DNA of 64,000 bases, from assembly GCA_964016885.1 (NCBI GenBank), contig OZ024751.1, positions 27,342,001 through 27,406,000 of the forward strand. The letters are read 5' to 3'. Both the position numbers and the translations under genes were made by a program. The stretch comes from Eledone cirrhosa. Taxonomy: Eukaryota. A model generated the notes under the pieces. That model was not told the DNA's origin. It worked only from the letters and a program-made list of their open reading frames with translations, and searched no databases. Below, one piece after another: positions 1-13,370 of this stretch. How positions within the stretch are numbered: position 1 is the first letter of the stretch; every line of letters starts with the position of its first letter.

Positions 1-335
1 CTCCTAGTCTTCCTTAAGACATCTCTCTATGAGAAGGTCACTCTGATATAAAACCTACGACTTCATTTACATCCAATGATGTAGACCAGTTCTTCTTTTT
101 GGGTAAATGCATTTGATGTTCAGAAAGTGAGACTGGCCCCGTGCAAAGCCTTTCCTCACTTAAAAAATCTTCAAACACAGGCATCGCTTGATATGTGACA
201 TTTATTGCGATGAATGGTATTGCTGGCCACAGGCAAGTCCCTAGCAGGACTCAAAATCCACATCAGTGATGCTCATGCCTAAGTATCAAGTGATGGCATT
301 ACTCGAAATCAAGTTGCAGCTATCATCATGTATGT
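1..335 (-). mobile_element. Decayed fragment, probably Penelope-like GIY-YIG C-terminal region (same family as 11402-11795)
   Basis: Nucleotide similarity to 11440-11600 (ctctgatataa..atccaatgatgt.gac..gttcttcttttt.gtaaat..gactggc). Confidence 0.4.
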
Positions 336-539
336 TCTTCTAGTTTTATAATTTTACAAATTTTTACCAATAGAGAGAATCGCTTTCTAGCATAGACACA
401 AGTCTCTTTCCTTCGAGGTAGATATGTTTGCATGTCTGCATGCGCGCGTGTGTGTAGGTATGGATGTTATTGTATGTGTGGATGTTTTGAGTTATATGTG
501 TGCATGTGTATGTTTTGTATCTGTACATGGAGTTATTAG

Positions 540-2222
540 ATGCAGAAGTTTTGGAATGCTTTCCATATCCATTAATGGATTGTACCTGTAATTTCCTAAC
601 TAGTTGTGTTTTTCTGTTTCTGTGAAGCCCAGCTTCTCAAGATTTGTATCGAGGCAGTTACTAACATACCCCAGTGCCCCAATAATCACAGGTATAAATC
701 TGAAGGTATAATCAGGGTGGAGTATCTGCAGATTTCTCATCAGTTCTGCATAGATGTTCTCCTTTCACTAATCTTTTATATTATATTGACATCTGCTGGG
801 CAGCTAACTTTCACTACTGTGCATGTCTTCTTTTCCCTGTCCCATATCATTATATCTGGTCAATCATACTTGCATTTTATTGGGGTTTTAACTGGAACAT
901 TCCACCAGTACTCTTTCATATTATGTATGCATATAATCTTCCAAATTGCTATCACTTTTAATAAATTTATTGTCGGGGCTATCTTTTCTACGGATTGCAT
1001 TGTACAGTGTTTTGGCCACAACATCATGCCTCATAGGTAGATAGTACCGCGATAACATCTCTGGACAGTTGCTTATGTAATGGGTGACATCTTCGGTGTT
1101 AATTTGCAGAGTCTGCACTTGTCACATATAGGTGTTTTGCATGCATCTCTATCTCTTTTGTGAATCAGGTACTTTGTATTGATTTCCTGTTCTTGGATTG
1201 CAAACGCGTATCCTTCAAAGTGGGAGCCAATATAGCGGTTGCTTGTCCAAGATAGACCACTTTGTTTATCTATATTACTCTCATTTCGGAGCCTCCTGGC
1301 AACATATCCATGCATGCTTTGTTGCTGATAAGCATGCAGTTTATCATCCATGGATTCACTGTGGTATTGTTGGGCAATTTCTCTGGGTGTGAGTTTTTGA
1401 TTATCACGTATGGAGTATCTTTCAAGGAGTTCCTTCCCAACTCTCATAATCTTATCTGTCTCATACAGACAAACTTTCTCGATAGACGGGCTCCTTCGTT
1501 TGGAGGTTCGTAAATGTTGTCGGGGGGATATGATGCGACATTCAAATGCTGTCTGGACTGGTGTTAGGCCTCTGCCTTCCTGCTTACGTTTCAAGTAGAA
1601 GTGGTCTATGTCATTTTTGATGTGGAAGTTTCCTGTGTTGTTTAGTATTTTTCGAGTCCTAACATCAATTGCTCAGATTTCGTCTATCGTCCAATCAAGT
1701 ATTCCAAACGTTGGTGTTAGGACAGGCACAGCAAACACATTGTGAGCCACTGTTTTATTGTGCGCAGATAAAGATTTTTCTTAATCGGGTGTAATATTCC
1801 CTGGTTACGCGTTCCTTATTACAGATACCATTATAGGATATGTTCTCATCTATCTCCAGGTATCTGTAGCAGTCCTCATCAAATATCGGTGAATCAGTTA
1901 GGCCATTGATGACAATGTTGCTAGATTGGGTTGTAGTTTTTCCCCGCTTTACAATCATATATGAACATTTATCTTGGCCAAACTCCATTCCTATATCCTT
2001 GAGAATGTTTAACCAGGTCAAGATTTTTCTTCATCCCATTTATGTTCTTGATTATGGGTTAAGTTCGTATTTCTGTCCTCCTGTGAGCCAATGATGTATC
2101 CCTCACATTTCTTGAACAGAAAAGAGAAGGGTTTAATGACAGAGAGACTGTCTCCTTCAAATATTCCCCTGTAATATTCTATTTTATCAGTGAAAATAGA
2201 GTCCTCCTTCTCCGTATTTATT
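540..2222 (-). mobile_element. Decayed R4/Dong-like non-LTR retrotransposon (RT end, CCHC finger, restriction-like endonuclease)
   Basis: DIGMEFGQDKC, EGRGL, AIQEQEINTKY, CDKCRLC..EDVTHYISNC, RHDVVAK, PDIMIWD, PVIIGALG spread across frameshifts. Confidence 0.85.
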
Positions 2223-2460
2223 CGAGAGAGAGAGAGAGAGAGAGAGAAGAGAGAGAGATAAGAGAGAGAGAACTAAGCGAGAGAGTGAGAGAGAGAGATG
2301 AAGTAGGAAAGAAACATATACGAAGTATGTATCCCAGGACAGGTACTTGATGTATCGACTTGGAAAGGATGAAAGGCGTCACTCAGAGATGGGCCAAATA
2401 GCACAACACATTCTATCTTTTAACGACTCTATTGACAAATAGGTAAATCTTGTTATAGGG

Positions 2461-2570
2461 ACACTGCTCTATCATACATGTAGTACTCAATACCTCCTAC
2501 ACTGCTCTATCATACATGTAGTACTCAATACCTCCTACACTGCTCTATCATACATGTAGTACTCAATACC
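2461..2570. repeat. 38-bp tandem repeat, about 3 copies
   Basis: acactgctctatcatacatgtagtactcaatacctcct. Confidence 0.9.
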
Positions 2571-2828
2571 CTGGTACACAGTTTCCTGTGTTGTGAAATC
2601 ACAGTTTCCTATGTTGTGATATCACACAGTTTCCTGTAATACATCTACAATCATCAGCGGGAAAAGCTGGTTCTATTATCATACGAACGGACTGACATGC
2701 TACGACTTATTTATATAGAATCTGGTCATTCTAATTGTTTTGTTCTGTTCTGAGTAATTTCGGAAACGTGAGCCTACTACGACACATAATTATGAAACCC
2801 CTCTATATCTCTCTCTCTATACTTTTCA

Positions 2829-3320
<492 letters not shown>

Positions 3321-3487
3321 AAAATATTTCATTTCATTATAATATTTAACTCCGTAATAGCACCACCACCAACTACAAAAACAAAGACGGTTGAACTGCT
3401 TTACGTTGAGTACTCTCTATATTATTACATTACGATTGACCATACGGAATAGACCAGCTCTATACAGTGGTGAACCTCAAACCTGAA

Positions 3488-3570
<83 letters not shown>

Positions 3571-4051
3571 CTAGCTATCTATATACCTGTCTGTCTGTCT
3601 GTCAGATTTATTCAACTATTATTTATAGTTATCTGCATTGTGACAATTATATTTTCAAACACATATACATACACACACACGTACACATATACATACACAC
3701 ACACACTCACTCACACAAACACCTACACAGACACGTGTATGTGTGTATGTGTGTGTGTAGTTAGCTGTAAATAGTAATCCGTGTACGCATATATTCACAT
3801 TTACAAATACATGTTTATATAAACAAATATATTCCCCAAAAATGTATATATATATATATATATATCTGTGTGTGTGTGTGTGCGCGCATATAATTGTTTC
3901 TATTTTTGGCACAAGGCCAGCAATTACTCAGTACATTACTGGTACTTTATTTTATCGACCCCGTAAGGATGAAAGGCAAAGTTACCCTCAGCGGGATTTG
4001 AACGGAACTTCATTAGAACTCCCTTACATATACTGTTCATCAGTTGTGTAC

Positions 4052-5133
4052 TTACAAACACACACTTCTACACACACACACACTTCTACACACACACACT
4101 TCTACACACACACACACTTCTACATACACACACTTCTACACACACACACTTCTGCAAACACACACACTTCTACACACACACACTTCTACAAACACACACA
4201 CTTCTACACACACACACTTCTACAAACACACACACTTCTACACACACACACTTCTACACACACACACACACACACTTCTACATACACACACTTCTACACA
4301 CACACACTTCTGCAAACACACACTTCTACACACACACTTCTACACACACACACTTCTACACACACACACACTTCTACATACACACACTTCTACAAACACA
4401 CACTTCTACACACACACACTTCTGCAAACACACACTTCTACAAACACACACTTCTACAAACACTCTTCTACAAACACTCTTCTACATACACACACACTTC
4501 TACATACACACACTTCTACATACACACACTTCTACAAACACTCTTCTACAAACACTCTTCTACATACACACACACTTCTACATACACACACTTCTACATA
4601 CACACACTTCTACAAACACACACTTCTACATACACACACTTCTACACACACACTTCTACAAACACACACACTTCTACATACACACACTTCTACATACACA
4701 CACTTCTACAAACACACACTTCTACATACACACACTTCTACATACACACACTTCTACATACACTTCTACATACACACACTTCTACATACACACACACTTC
4801 TACAAACACACACACTTCTACAAACACACACACTTCTACAAACACACACACTTCTACATACACACACTTCTACAAACACACACTTCTACATACACACACT
4901 TCTACATACACTTCTACATACACACACACTTCTACAAACACACACACTTCTACAAACACACACACTTCTACAAACACACACACTTCTACATACACACCCT
5001 TCTACACACACACTTCTACATACACACACTCCTACACACACACACTTCTACATACACACACTTCTACACACACTTCTACTTACTCACACTTCTACATACA
5101 CACACACACACTTCTACACACACACTTCTACAC
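4052..5133. repeat. Compound (CA)n-CTTCTA minisatellite
   Basis: cacacacttcta units with variable CA count; source of the His/Thr-rich ORFs. Confidence 0.95.
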
Positions 5134-5339
5134 ATGCTAATAGGTACTCCTTCACAGACTCCTCACTTTCATTAGTATTTCATTCATCTTCTCTCTCTCG
5201 CCCCCCTTTCTCTACGGTGTCTGATTGACACTCAACCATCCCCCTCTTTCTCCTACGTAGCATTGCTCTCACAATTACCCCTCCCCCTCCCCCTCTCTCT
5301 CCCTCTCTCTCTCTCTCTAGCTCTATCTCTATCTATCTA

Positions 5340-5370
<31 letters not shown>

Positions 5371-5380
5371 GCTTACTCAC

Positions 5381-5600
5381 GTGCAGACAACACACACACA
5401 CAATTCACATACACAAACACAATTCACACATTCACAAAAGACAACTGCACAACACACACGGACAGACAGACAGACACGATCAAACGCCCCCGTCCCCCTA
5501 CTATCAGCTCTAGTGTCCTGATAACTCCCACGCAAACATCTCGATCCTCTGACGTAGCTATCGATCTTCAACTCGTGTCAGTTGCGTGACTGATTGGTGA
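5381..5600 (-). promoter_or_regulatory. Putative promoter and non-coding first exon of a minus-strand gene running out of the window to the left
   Basis: Minus strand CCAAT overlapping TCAGTC (Inr-like) near 5588-5597; unique CpG-containing segment; strong donor CAC|GTGAGTAAG at 5380. No downstream exon recognised. Confidence 0.4.
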
Positions 5601-5604
5601 GTTG

Positions 5605-6800
5605 TGGGAGGAGTGGGAAAGAGAGGAGAGAGGGGGCGAGGGGGAAAAGAGAGAGGGGGGAGAAGGAGAGGGGGAAGAGAGGAGAGAAAAATGAAGGGAG
5701 AGGGGGAAAGCGAGAGAGGAAGGGGGAAAGAGAGGGTGAGAGGGGTGAAGGGAGAGGGGAGAAAGAAGGAAAGAGAGAGGGGTGGGAGAAAGAAGGAAAG
5801 AGAGAGGGATGGAGAGTGGGAGAGAGGGAGAGAGAGAGGGGAGAAAGAAGGAAAGAGAGAGTGGGAGAAAGGGGGAGAAAGAAGGAAAGAGAGAGGGATG
5901 GAGAGTGGGAGAGAGGGGAGAAAGGGAGAGAGAGAGGGGAGAAAGAAGGAAAGAGAGAGTGGGAGAAAGGGGGAGAAAGAAGGAAAGAGAGGAATGGAGA
6001 GTGGGAGAGAGGGGAGAAAGGGGGAGAAAGAAGGAAAGAGAGAGGGATGGAGAGTGGGAGAGAGAGGGGATGGAGAGAGGGAGAATGTAAGAAAGTGTGG
6101 CAGAACAATGAAAGGGTGAATTTATCATGGGATTGAAGATAGAGAGATTGGGAGAGAGTTGCAGGATGAGGAAAGAGAGGAGAGATATAGTAGAGAGAGA
6201 GAGGGGGTGTTTGAAGGTGTAGGAGGGGTAGCAGATAGACAGATAGAGAGAGAGAGAGGGGGGGGGTAGCTATATTAATAGATAGATATATATGGAGAAA
6301 GAGAGGGTGAGAGAGAGAGGGGTAGCTAGATAGATAGAGTGGAAAATGGAATATGAGAGAGGGAGAGGGGATGAGAAAGAGGTAGATGATGGAGGAAGAG
6401 TAGCAGGTGCAGGAGAACGATAAGAAAGTGAGGAGAGTGAGGGGGAGGAAAGTGAGTAAGGAAGGAGTATTAGCGAGGGGGAGAGTGGTGAAATGTGTAG
6501 GTGGTTGGAGAAACAAGGATAAAGAGAGAGGAGGAGGAGGAGGAGGAGGGGAGTAGATGAGGTGTGTGAGAGGTAAGAGGAAATAGATGACGGAGGAGGA
6601 CGTAAGAAGTTGACGTGGGGGGAGTGATTGGTGGCAAAAGAAGCAGACGACAGAATGAAGACATTTTGAAATAGGAGAGAGAGAGGGGAAGGATAAGGAA
6701 GAGAGGGAGAGGGAGAGAGAGGGGGAGTGAGAAAGAGAACAACAGGACGAAAATGAAAAAAGAGAGAGAAGAGAGGGGGAGAGAGTGAGGAATTAATGGA
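5605..6800. repeat. Polypurine GA-rich tract with higher-order repeats
   Basis: ggggagaaagaaggaaagagagagggatggagagtgggag units in 5750-6080. Confidence 0.9.
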
Positions 6801-6861
6801 GGAGAAAGACGTGTTTAAAATATGGCAGATGTCTGTTTATGTATAGATAGATAGATATGTT

Positions 6862-7572
6862 TCTTTATTAGCCACAGGGGCACAAAAGAAGGGGACAAAT
6901 ACAAAAGGGGAAGTTTACATACAATAAAAACGTGTAAACACACCCCGAAAAAATGTACAACTCTCATCTCCAGGAGCACCAAGAGTGAGTACTCCCTTCC
7001 TCTCTTCCTCTTTTTCCTCAACATACAGGCTTATATAGAGAGAAGGCCCATTCACTCAGGCCATTCTCGCCACTTTCACCCACCTTTTATAACATTTGCT
7101 GGGGTACAGCACCTCTCTCTCCATCCTGATTCTTCTTCCAAAATGATATTTGAAAAAACGAATCAGTTGTTGGCCGGAGAGAAAGGTGTCTGACCTCAGC
7201 CCTTTTAACCTCTTTCACCATAGCTATAACACAAAGGAAAACCGCCTCTCCTTCGTTTTTGAAGGAGGGTGGCGGTTTGATCATGACAATGGACTCGGTG
7301 GTCAACTGGATTGGTCCCACCCGCGACAATAGTCGTTCTACATAGCCCCACAGGTTGGTAACGTCCGGGCAGTGTACAAATGCGTGTGCGGCGGTTTCCT
7401 CGTCTCGCACGCATCTTGGACAGATCTTTTTCGAAGGGTCCCTACCCGGGCGCCCGTGTCTGTAGAGCTTGTTTCGAACTGGTAGAGCTCCTCGGTAGCA
7501 CTGCCAGGCCCAGGGACTTTTGGAAGTTGTCCATTGGTCCCTGGCGGAAGGTCCTACCAAACAAACTGGCCA
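6862..7572 (-). mobile_element. Tx1/L1-like LINE 3' fragment
   Basis: WQCYRGALPVRNKL..CPRC..EETAAHAFVHCP zinc finger; minus-strand AATAAA near 6865; flanked by (GATA)n. Confidence 0.8.
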
Positions 7573-7859
7573 GACAGATAGATAGACGGATAGATAGATA
7601 GATAGACAGACAGATAGACAGACAGATAGACAGATAGATAGACGGATAAATAGATAGATAGAGAGATAGATAGATAGACAGATAGAAAGACAGACAGACA
7701 GACAAATAGATAGATAGAGTGCCTTTCTCAGGGCATATTTGCGAGATATCTTGCTTAATTAAGCCTCATACTGGCAAAGTTGAGCTCAGCATGATTTGAA
7801 CCCAGAACAGAAACAAATAATGAATTTATTTTGACTGGCCACCTGCCCGCTGGCAAAGT

Positions 7860-8245
7860 TGTAAGGAAAAGGACATTTTCGTTGTCCCTTATGCAATCGT
7901 TCTTTGAATCTTAAGAATATTTTACAGATTTTGAAGGTTCTAGATATCGTGACCATTGTAGCTTATAAATTAGAGAACTGCGTTCTTTCTCCAAGATTCT
8001 AAGTTCAATCATACTTTGGTCCAGGTGGGTTGGTATATATCCTGTAGTTGCCGTAGATATGACAGGTATTTTAGGAAGTGGAACTACAAACTCCTCATCA
8101 GAGATCCGTAGTTACCTTTCAATATTTCTAATTATATTAACATCGAGTGGGCAGCTGATTTCTACAACAAAGCATCTTATTAATCTATCGTCTCACACAA
8201 CAATATTAGTCTGGCTGTGTGTGTATGTTCTTCTGGTTTCATAAT
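7860..8245 (-). mobile_element. R4-like LINE 3' (RLE) fragment
   Basis: Minus strand PD/TNIVV..D......VEISCPLDVNI pattern paralleling 540-860. Confidence 0.6.
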
Positions 8246-8676
8246 TTTATAGATGTTTACCAATAGAGAGAGAGCCGGTTTCTAACACATACACAAGACT
8301 CTTTCATTGGAATTTAGACATCAACTAAGTAGATGTCTGCATGCATGTGTGTGCAGGTATGGATGTTATTGTATGTGTAGATATGCATATGCTTTGTATC
8401 TGTGCCAAATTGCCCTCCACCGTTTTCTATCTCTGGCCATATTAGGGGGGGGGGGGGGCTGAGTTATGGGGCCAGATCCTGGCCGCCCTCTGGTAATTCT
8501 CCGCTGCCTTGCTGTTTACTCTATTACTCCAATGTATATCAAATTGAGAAGCTGTGTCATGGCTGATGTCATACAGAATGAATAGAAACGAGGCGTAACA
8601 CAGGACAATAGATTCTCATCAGTCGACCGTTTGAGGTCCTCCTGGTTTCGGTGTTTTTAAATATATATATGTAATA

Positions 8677-9157
8677 AAACCTGGATACTTTTGGCAGAAA
8701 CAGAGATGGAAGGATCCAGGCATTTGATGACAAATGCATGAGAAATCTCCTTCGTATTTCCTATTGAGAAGTTAAAACCATTGAATACGTGCGGAGAAAG
8801 GTTGAAAGTTGTTTGGGTCACCAAGAACCTCTCCTCGCAACTGTCAAGACGAGGAAACTGGCATGGTTTGGCCATGTTAAATGACATGACAAGACCATCA
8901 TGCTAGGTACTGTTGAAGGTGGATGCAGGAGGGGACACGAATGCAAAAACTGGTTAGACAATGTGAAAGAATGGACACAAATGATGACACCAGATTTATT
9001 GACGTCCGTCGTTGATAGACTATTTTGAGTGTGTACTGCTTCTGCAGTAGGATCACTCTGACGACTACCGAAGTCAAGGGACTGATGATGATGATGTGGT
9101 GATGATGATGATGATGATGGTGATGGTGATGATAATGATGATAATGATGATGATGAT
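8677..9157 (+). mobile_element. RTE-clade LINE 3' end with (TGA)n tail
   Basis: RRKLAWFGHV, IMLGTVEG, WLDNVKEWT. Confidence 0.75.
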
Positions 9158-9249
9158 TTAAAGATGTACCTAATGTTTTTATATTTTCATGCAAAATAAA
9201 TTATATTTATAAATATGTTTGAGTATATAATATATATGTATTTATAAAC

Positions 9250-9309
<60 letters not shown>

Positions 9310-10337
9310 ACGAGTGATTAGCTAAACATATAAATCAGATAAGGATAAATGTGTGAGTGTGTGTTTATACATTTGTGTGTGGGTGTGTGATATATTTCTC
9401 AGAATTCTATCTGTTGGTAAAGCACAATCTGTGCCACACACACACATACACACATGTATATGTATAGATAAATGTGTGTGTGTGAATATATATACATATA
9501 TGTTCTAGCGTAGTGAATGTGTGTGTATATATATATATATATATGGAAAAGAGGGAGATATAGGTGGGGGGAGAGAGGGGGAGAGAGAACAGCTTTTCTT
9601 TCCAACATGTTGAAGACACGACTGTTCCAGTTCAATCTTTTCTATTCAGTATTGTTGTGTGTGTTTCACATTAATTCTTCATATCTAGTTTTGAACAATA
9701 ATCTTCCAAGGTTCATTAATGGCCTTATCATGTGCTAGATCATAATAACGACTTATTACAGCATGTTGCTGGATCATTGGAATAATGTAACTGATAACAT
9801 CATCAACAGATTTAAACTGGTTTCACCGTTGGCTCACCGTTGACTCACCGTTGACTCACCGTTGACTCACCGTTGGCTCACATACACATCCACACATACA
9901 ATAACATCCATATCTACACATGCATGCAGATATACATACATATCTACCTAGTTGATGTTGTGTAAATTCCAATGAGAGAGTCTTGTGACTATGTTAGAAA
10001 CTTATTAGGAAAAAAAAAGTGAAATTATAAAACCAGAAGAACATACATACATACATATATATATACATATGAAGCGAAGTTTTTGATTGTTGTTGAAGAG
10101 GTTGATAAACACGACAAATACCAATAATTCTAGTAGAATATATATCTTTACTTCACTTCAGCAAAAAGGGGAAAAAAACATGATTACTTCGAATTATAAA
10201 TATAAAGTTTGATGGTAGCACTCCCAAATGTGTTTATAATAATAATAATAATAATAGTAATAATTGTTTCTACTTTAGGCACAAGGCCAGCAATTACCCA
10301 GTGCATTACTGGTACTTTATTTTATCGACCCCGTAAA

Positions 10338-10712
10338 GTGCTCAGGTGCACTACAACTCGTCAAAGGTGTATGTATAGTACATAGAATAATACACAAATG
10401 TCAGGGAAGTGAATAGTGTTTGAGTCATTGTATACATGTGTGTATGTGTATGGTGGATCTCGGGAAGCATGGAGGCCTTAAAGGATGCAGTGTCTCGACA
10501 GCTAACAACTGATGCAGGTAGTTTGTTCCATGCTTCAGCAACTCTGAGCGTGAAAAAATGTTTCCGAAAGTCATGGGAACTGTGCTGTTTTCTGACTTTG
10601 TGGGCATGTCCACGTGTGTTAGACACATGGAAATCAAAAAGGTACTCAGGGTTGTTGTTGGCAAGATGGTTAATAATTTTGTGGGTGTTTACCAAGTCAG
10701 TTGCCAGGCGTC
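10338..10712 (-). mobile_element. CR1-like LINE 3' end
   Basis: RRLATDLVNTHKII..TRGHAHKV..RKHFFTLRVAEAWNKLP. Confidence 0.85.
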
Positions 10713-11401
10713 GAGTTGCTGGAGAATCTTTGTTTAATAAACTCAACTTGATTAAAAAGTGACAAGCTGTAGTCAGTCAGTATTACCAGCAGAGGTAGTA
10801 GTAAGCAGTGGGAAGGAAGCTGTGTTGTCAATATCAAGAGGCAGATGAGTGACCAGGGAAGAATTGCTGTCAGGCTACATCTCGCTACATGCTTGAGCAA
10901 CCGGAAGTGATCCTTCTCTTTCGGGGAACCACAGTCGAATGACCTAAAGAAAATCTTATTTCATTTAAACCCAAGTTGGCCAGCCACTCCAGACCAGTGA
11001 TGCCAACCTGAGATAAAGAGAAACAGCAGCCAGATGTCATTCCGGGGTCAATATGTGCGAAGAGATCTCGCTACACACACACATACACACATTTAATAAA
11101 ATAACAATGAATTACCAGTTAAGATTTACAACATGACTCTACGAATGTTTCAATGCAGGAGGGTAGGCCGTGCCTCACCTCTGCTCAGATGTATCTATAG
11201 TGTGTATGTATGTGTGTATGTATGTATGTACAACCTGTCTCATGGTCGGGTCGTTGGCGACTAAACTGGCAACCCCACCAAGGTTTCTTCGTGAGGAGGG
11301 TGACTTTGGACATCCTGCAGGACTAAAAACAAAACCTGTCAAAGGGCAAAGGAGCTCTTAAGAGTCAATGGCCATCCAAAATCACCGGGAGAGATGACCC
11401 C

Positions 11402-11795
11402 TTAGCCTTTGTCAAGGCAGAATTCTAGGAGAAGGAAAACTCTGATATAACACCTGCAACCCTGATGGTATCCAATGATGTTGACTTGTTCTTCTTTTTG
11501 GTAAATATCATCTTGGTTAAGAGAGTGGGACTGGCTTTGTGCAGTGCCTTTGCTTACTATAAAAGCTTCACGGCACAGGCATTGCTTTATATCTGGAGAT
11601 CTCTCTGCACTTGTCGTCACATGGTACCATGGTACCAGCACTATGTGTCAATAATTGTCACAAGTGTAGTGTTTGTACCAGAGTTTTCAAGTCGCTGGCT
11701 GGACTAAAAAGTCACACTCGTTCAGCGCATCGGTAGGGGTTCTCCTACATGGATATAAAGTAGTGGCCGTACTCGAAAACGAGTTGGCAGCCACC
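11402..11795 (-). mobile_element. Probable Penelope-like GIY-YIG C-terminal remnant
   Basis: Frameshifted VGE..MR..E..NS..H..W..V..REAFI..LNQD pattern; weak. Confidence 0.35.
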
Positions 11796-11914
11796 ATGTA
11801 TGTATATATGTATGTGTGTATGTATGTATATATGTATATATATATATATGTATATGGACGAATAGCGAGGTTATCTGGCCAATTCATCCATTATAGTCTA
11901 TGTGCTCTGTAACT

Positions 11915-12125
11915 GGATTGGCAGTAATCGGTAGAGCGTCAGACAACATGCTTTGCAGTATAGAGTTATGGCCTTTTACTTTCTGGGTTCAAATCCCGTC
12001 GAGGTTAGTTTTAAATTTCATAATTTTGTAGTCGATAAAATCAAGTACCAATAATGCACTGGGGTTTATTTAACCGACTTCGCCTTGCCTGAAATTGCTG
12101 GCCTTGTGCCAAAATTAGAAACGAT
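11915..12125 (+). mobile_element. tRNA-derived SINE with Meta-like central domain (other copies near 3893-4005, 10262-10337, 14105-14290, 15700-15800, 16740-16905, 17005-17107, 21820-22030, 22435-22625)
   Basis: A box TGGCAGTAATCGG, B box GGTTCAAATCC, family body GCCTTTCATCCTTACGGGGTCGATAAAATAAAGTACCAG, tail GCTGGCCTTGTGCCAAAA. Confidence 0.85.
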
Positions 12126-12297
12126 TCTCCATATTCTCTCAGCATTCATACGACCCATCGGATTTCCTAATGCTGCTTTTATCTGAACTTTTATTCATTT
12201 AGGTTTGGGCCGCCTTCTCGTCTTGGGCATTTCTCTCTGCTTTTCAGCCCCTTGGATTGTGTCTATTATTATATTCCTTTGTTGGATAAATTTTGGA

Positions 12298-12355
12298 ATA
12301 CCTGATGATGTCACCGGATTCATACTGAACCCGATCATTGAAATGTTCATAGTAT
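12298..12355 (+). ncRNA. Minimal type-I hammerhead ribozyme motif (Penelope-like)
   Basis: atac-CTGATGA-[cggattca tac tgaacccg stem II]-GAAA-tgttca-TA-gtat, then AATAAA. Confidence 0.65.
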
Positions 12356-12777
12356 AATAAATCTTTAAGAAATTACACCAGTCCAGCCTCCTGTCATTTT
12401 ATAATATATATATATACAGACTACGTAATATATATATCAACTAGTCTGTGTATGATTATAATATTATGCTGCAGTGTTAAAAGAGCATGTATAGCCTACA
12501 GCAGACCCAAAAGTGCGGCCCATATAAAATTGTTGCCCAAGGCGGATCGCCCCCTCGCTCCTCACCCCTCTAGCTACGCTATTGCATACACCATCCGTGT
12601 AAAAATTCAATGATTTTCAATTCATTATAAAAATGTACATTAAATGAATGGAATATTAAAGGTAGGACTTCACCTGACATTCCTATATGTAGCAGTAATT
12701 TAAACTTTTGTTCTGATGTTAGCAATGTAGGTCAGTTTGACCTCATATGCACTTTGCTAATTTTTGTTTTTTTTTTG

Positions 12778-13370
12778 TTTCAACATCTGGTGTCACCCGG
12801 TCTGGTAGTTTATCAGAGATTAACTAGATTCTACACACATTCTACTCTTGTCTCTCAAAAATAGGACATCACCCGGAGTTGCTCTAGCAAGTAGAGAGAT
12901 ATAGCACTTAACCAAACATTCTGGCCCTCTCAACAAGGGCCCGACAACAATTCTTTCATTGGCACTTCATCAACTTTTAGTCATCTACCTCTTCTCCTAG
13001 ACCACAGTTCCTTGTCACTACGTTTCTACAACACAACTTCACCATAATAGAGTTTACTGCTACCTTTGTTGGTACATGCTGTCTGAGTACAATTTGTCAC
13101 CTTTTAAGGGAACATACCTATAGAAAACAAAGAGACCCACACACAACACAGAAGCTTTAGGGAACACTATAATCAAACTTTATATTTACAATTCGAAGTA
13201 ATCATATCTTTTCCCTTTTTACCTGAAGTGAAGTAACTTTGATAACTTTCGGCCAGTATTGGCCCAGGCCATGTCTAACTTAATAGCACCACCTGGTAAA
13301 GATATAAATTCAACCAGAATTATTGGTATTTGTTGTTTCCTCTTCCAACAACAACCCAAACTTCGCTTCA
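12778..13370. mobile_element. Interspersed repeat, possibly solo-LTR-like; internally deleted inverted copy at 10069-10230
   Basis: TG...CA ends; reverse complement of 13150-13370 matches 10069-10230. Confidence 0.45.

Noticed and set aside
3842-5228. 432-aa and 394-aa His/Thr-rich ORFs
   Set aside because: Translations of a (CA)n-CTTCTA repeat, open in several frames, with no domain content.
8610-8655. Minus-strand GAAAC..GTC..CTGATGA as a type-II hammerhead
   Set aside because: No room for stem I and no convincing stem II.
11915-12005. tRNA gene candidates with A and B boxes
   Set aside because: SINE heads without a complete cloverleaf, followed by a shared SINE body.
12780-13292. Apparent minus-strand spliced exons (13223-13292 and from 13117 leftward) of a small peptide or snoRNA-host gene
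   Set aside because: The region including the supposed intron has a second copy at 10069-10230, so it is better explained as an interspersed repeat; the peptide is unrecognisable.
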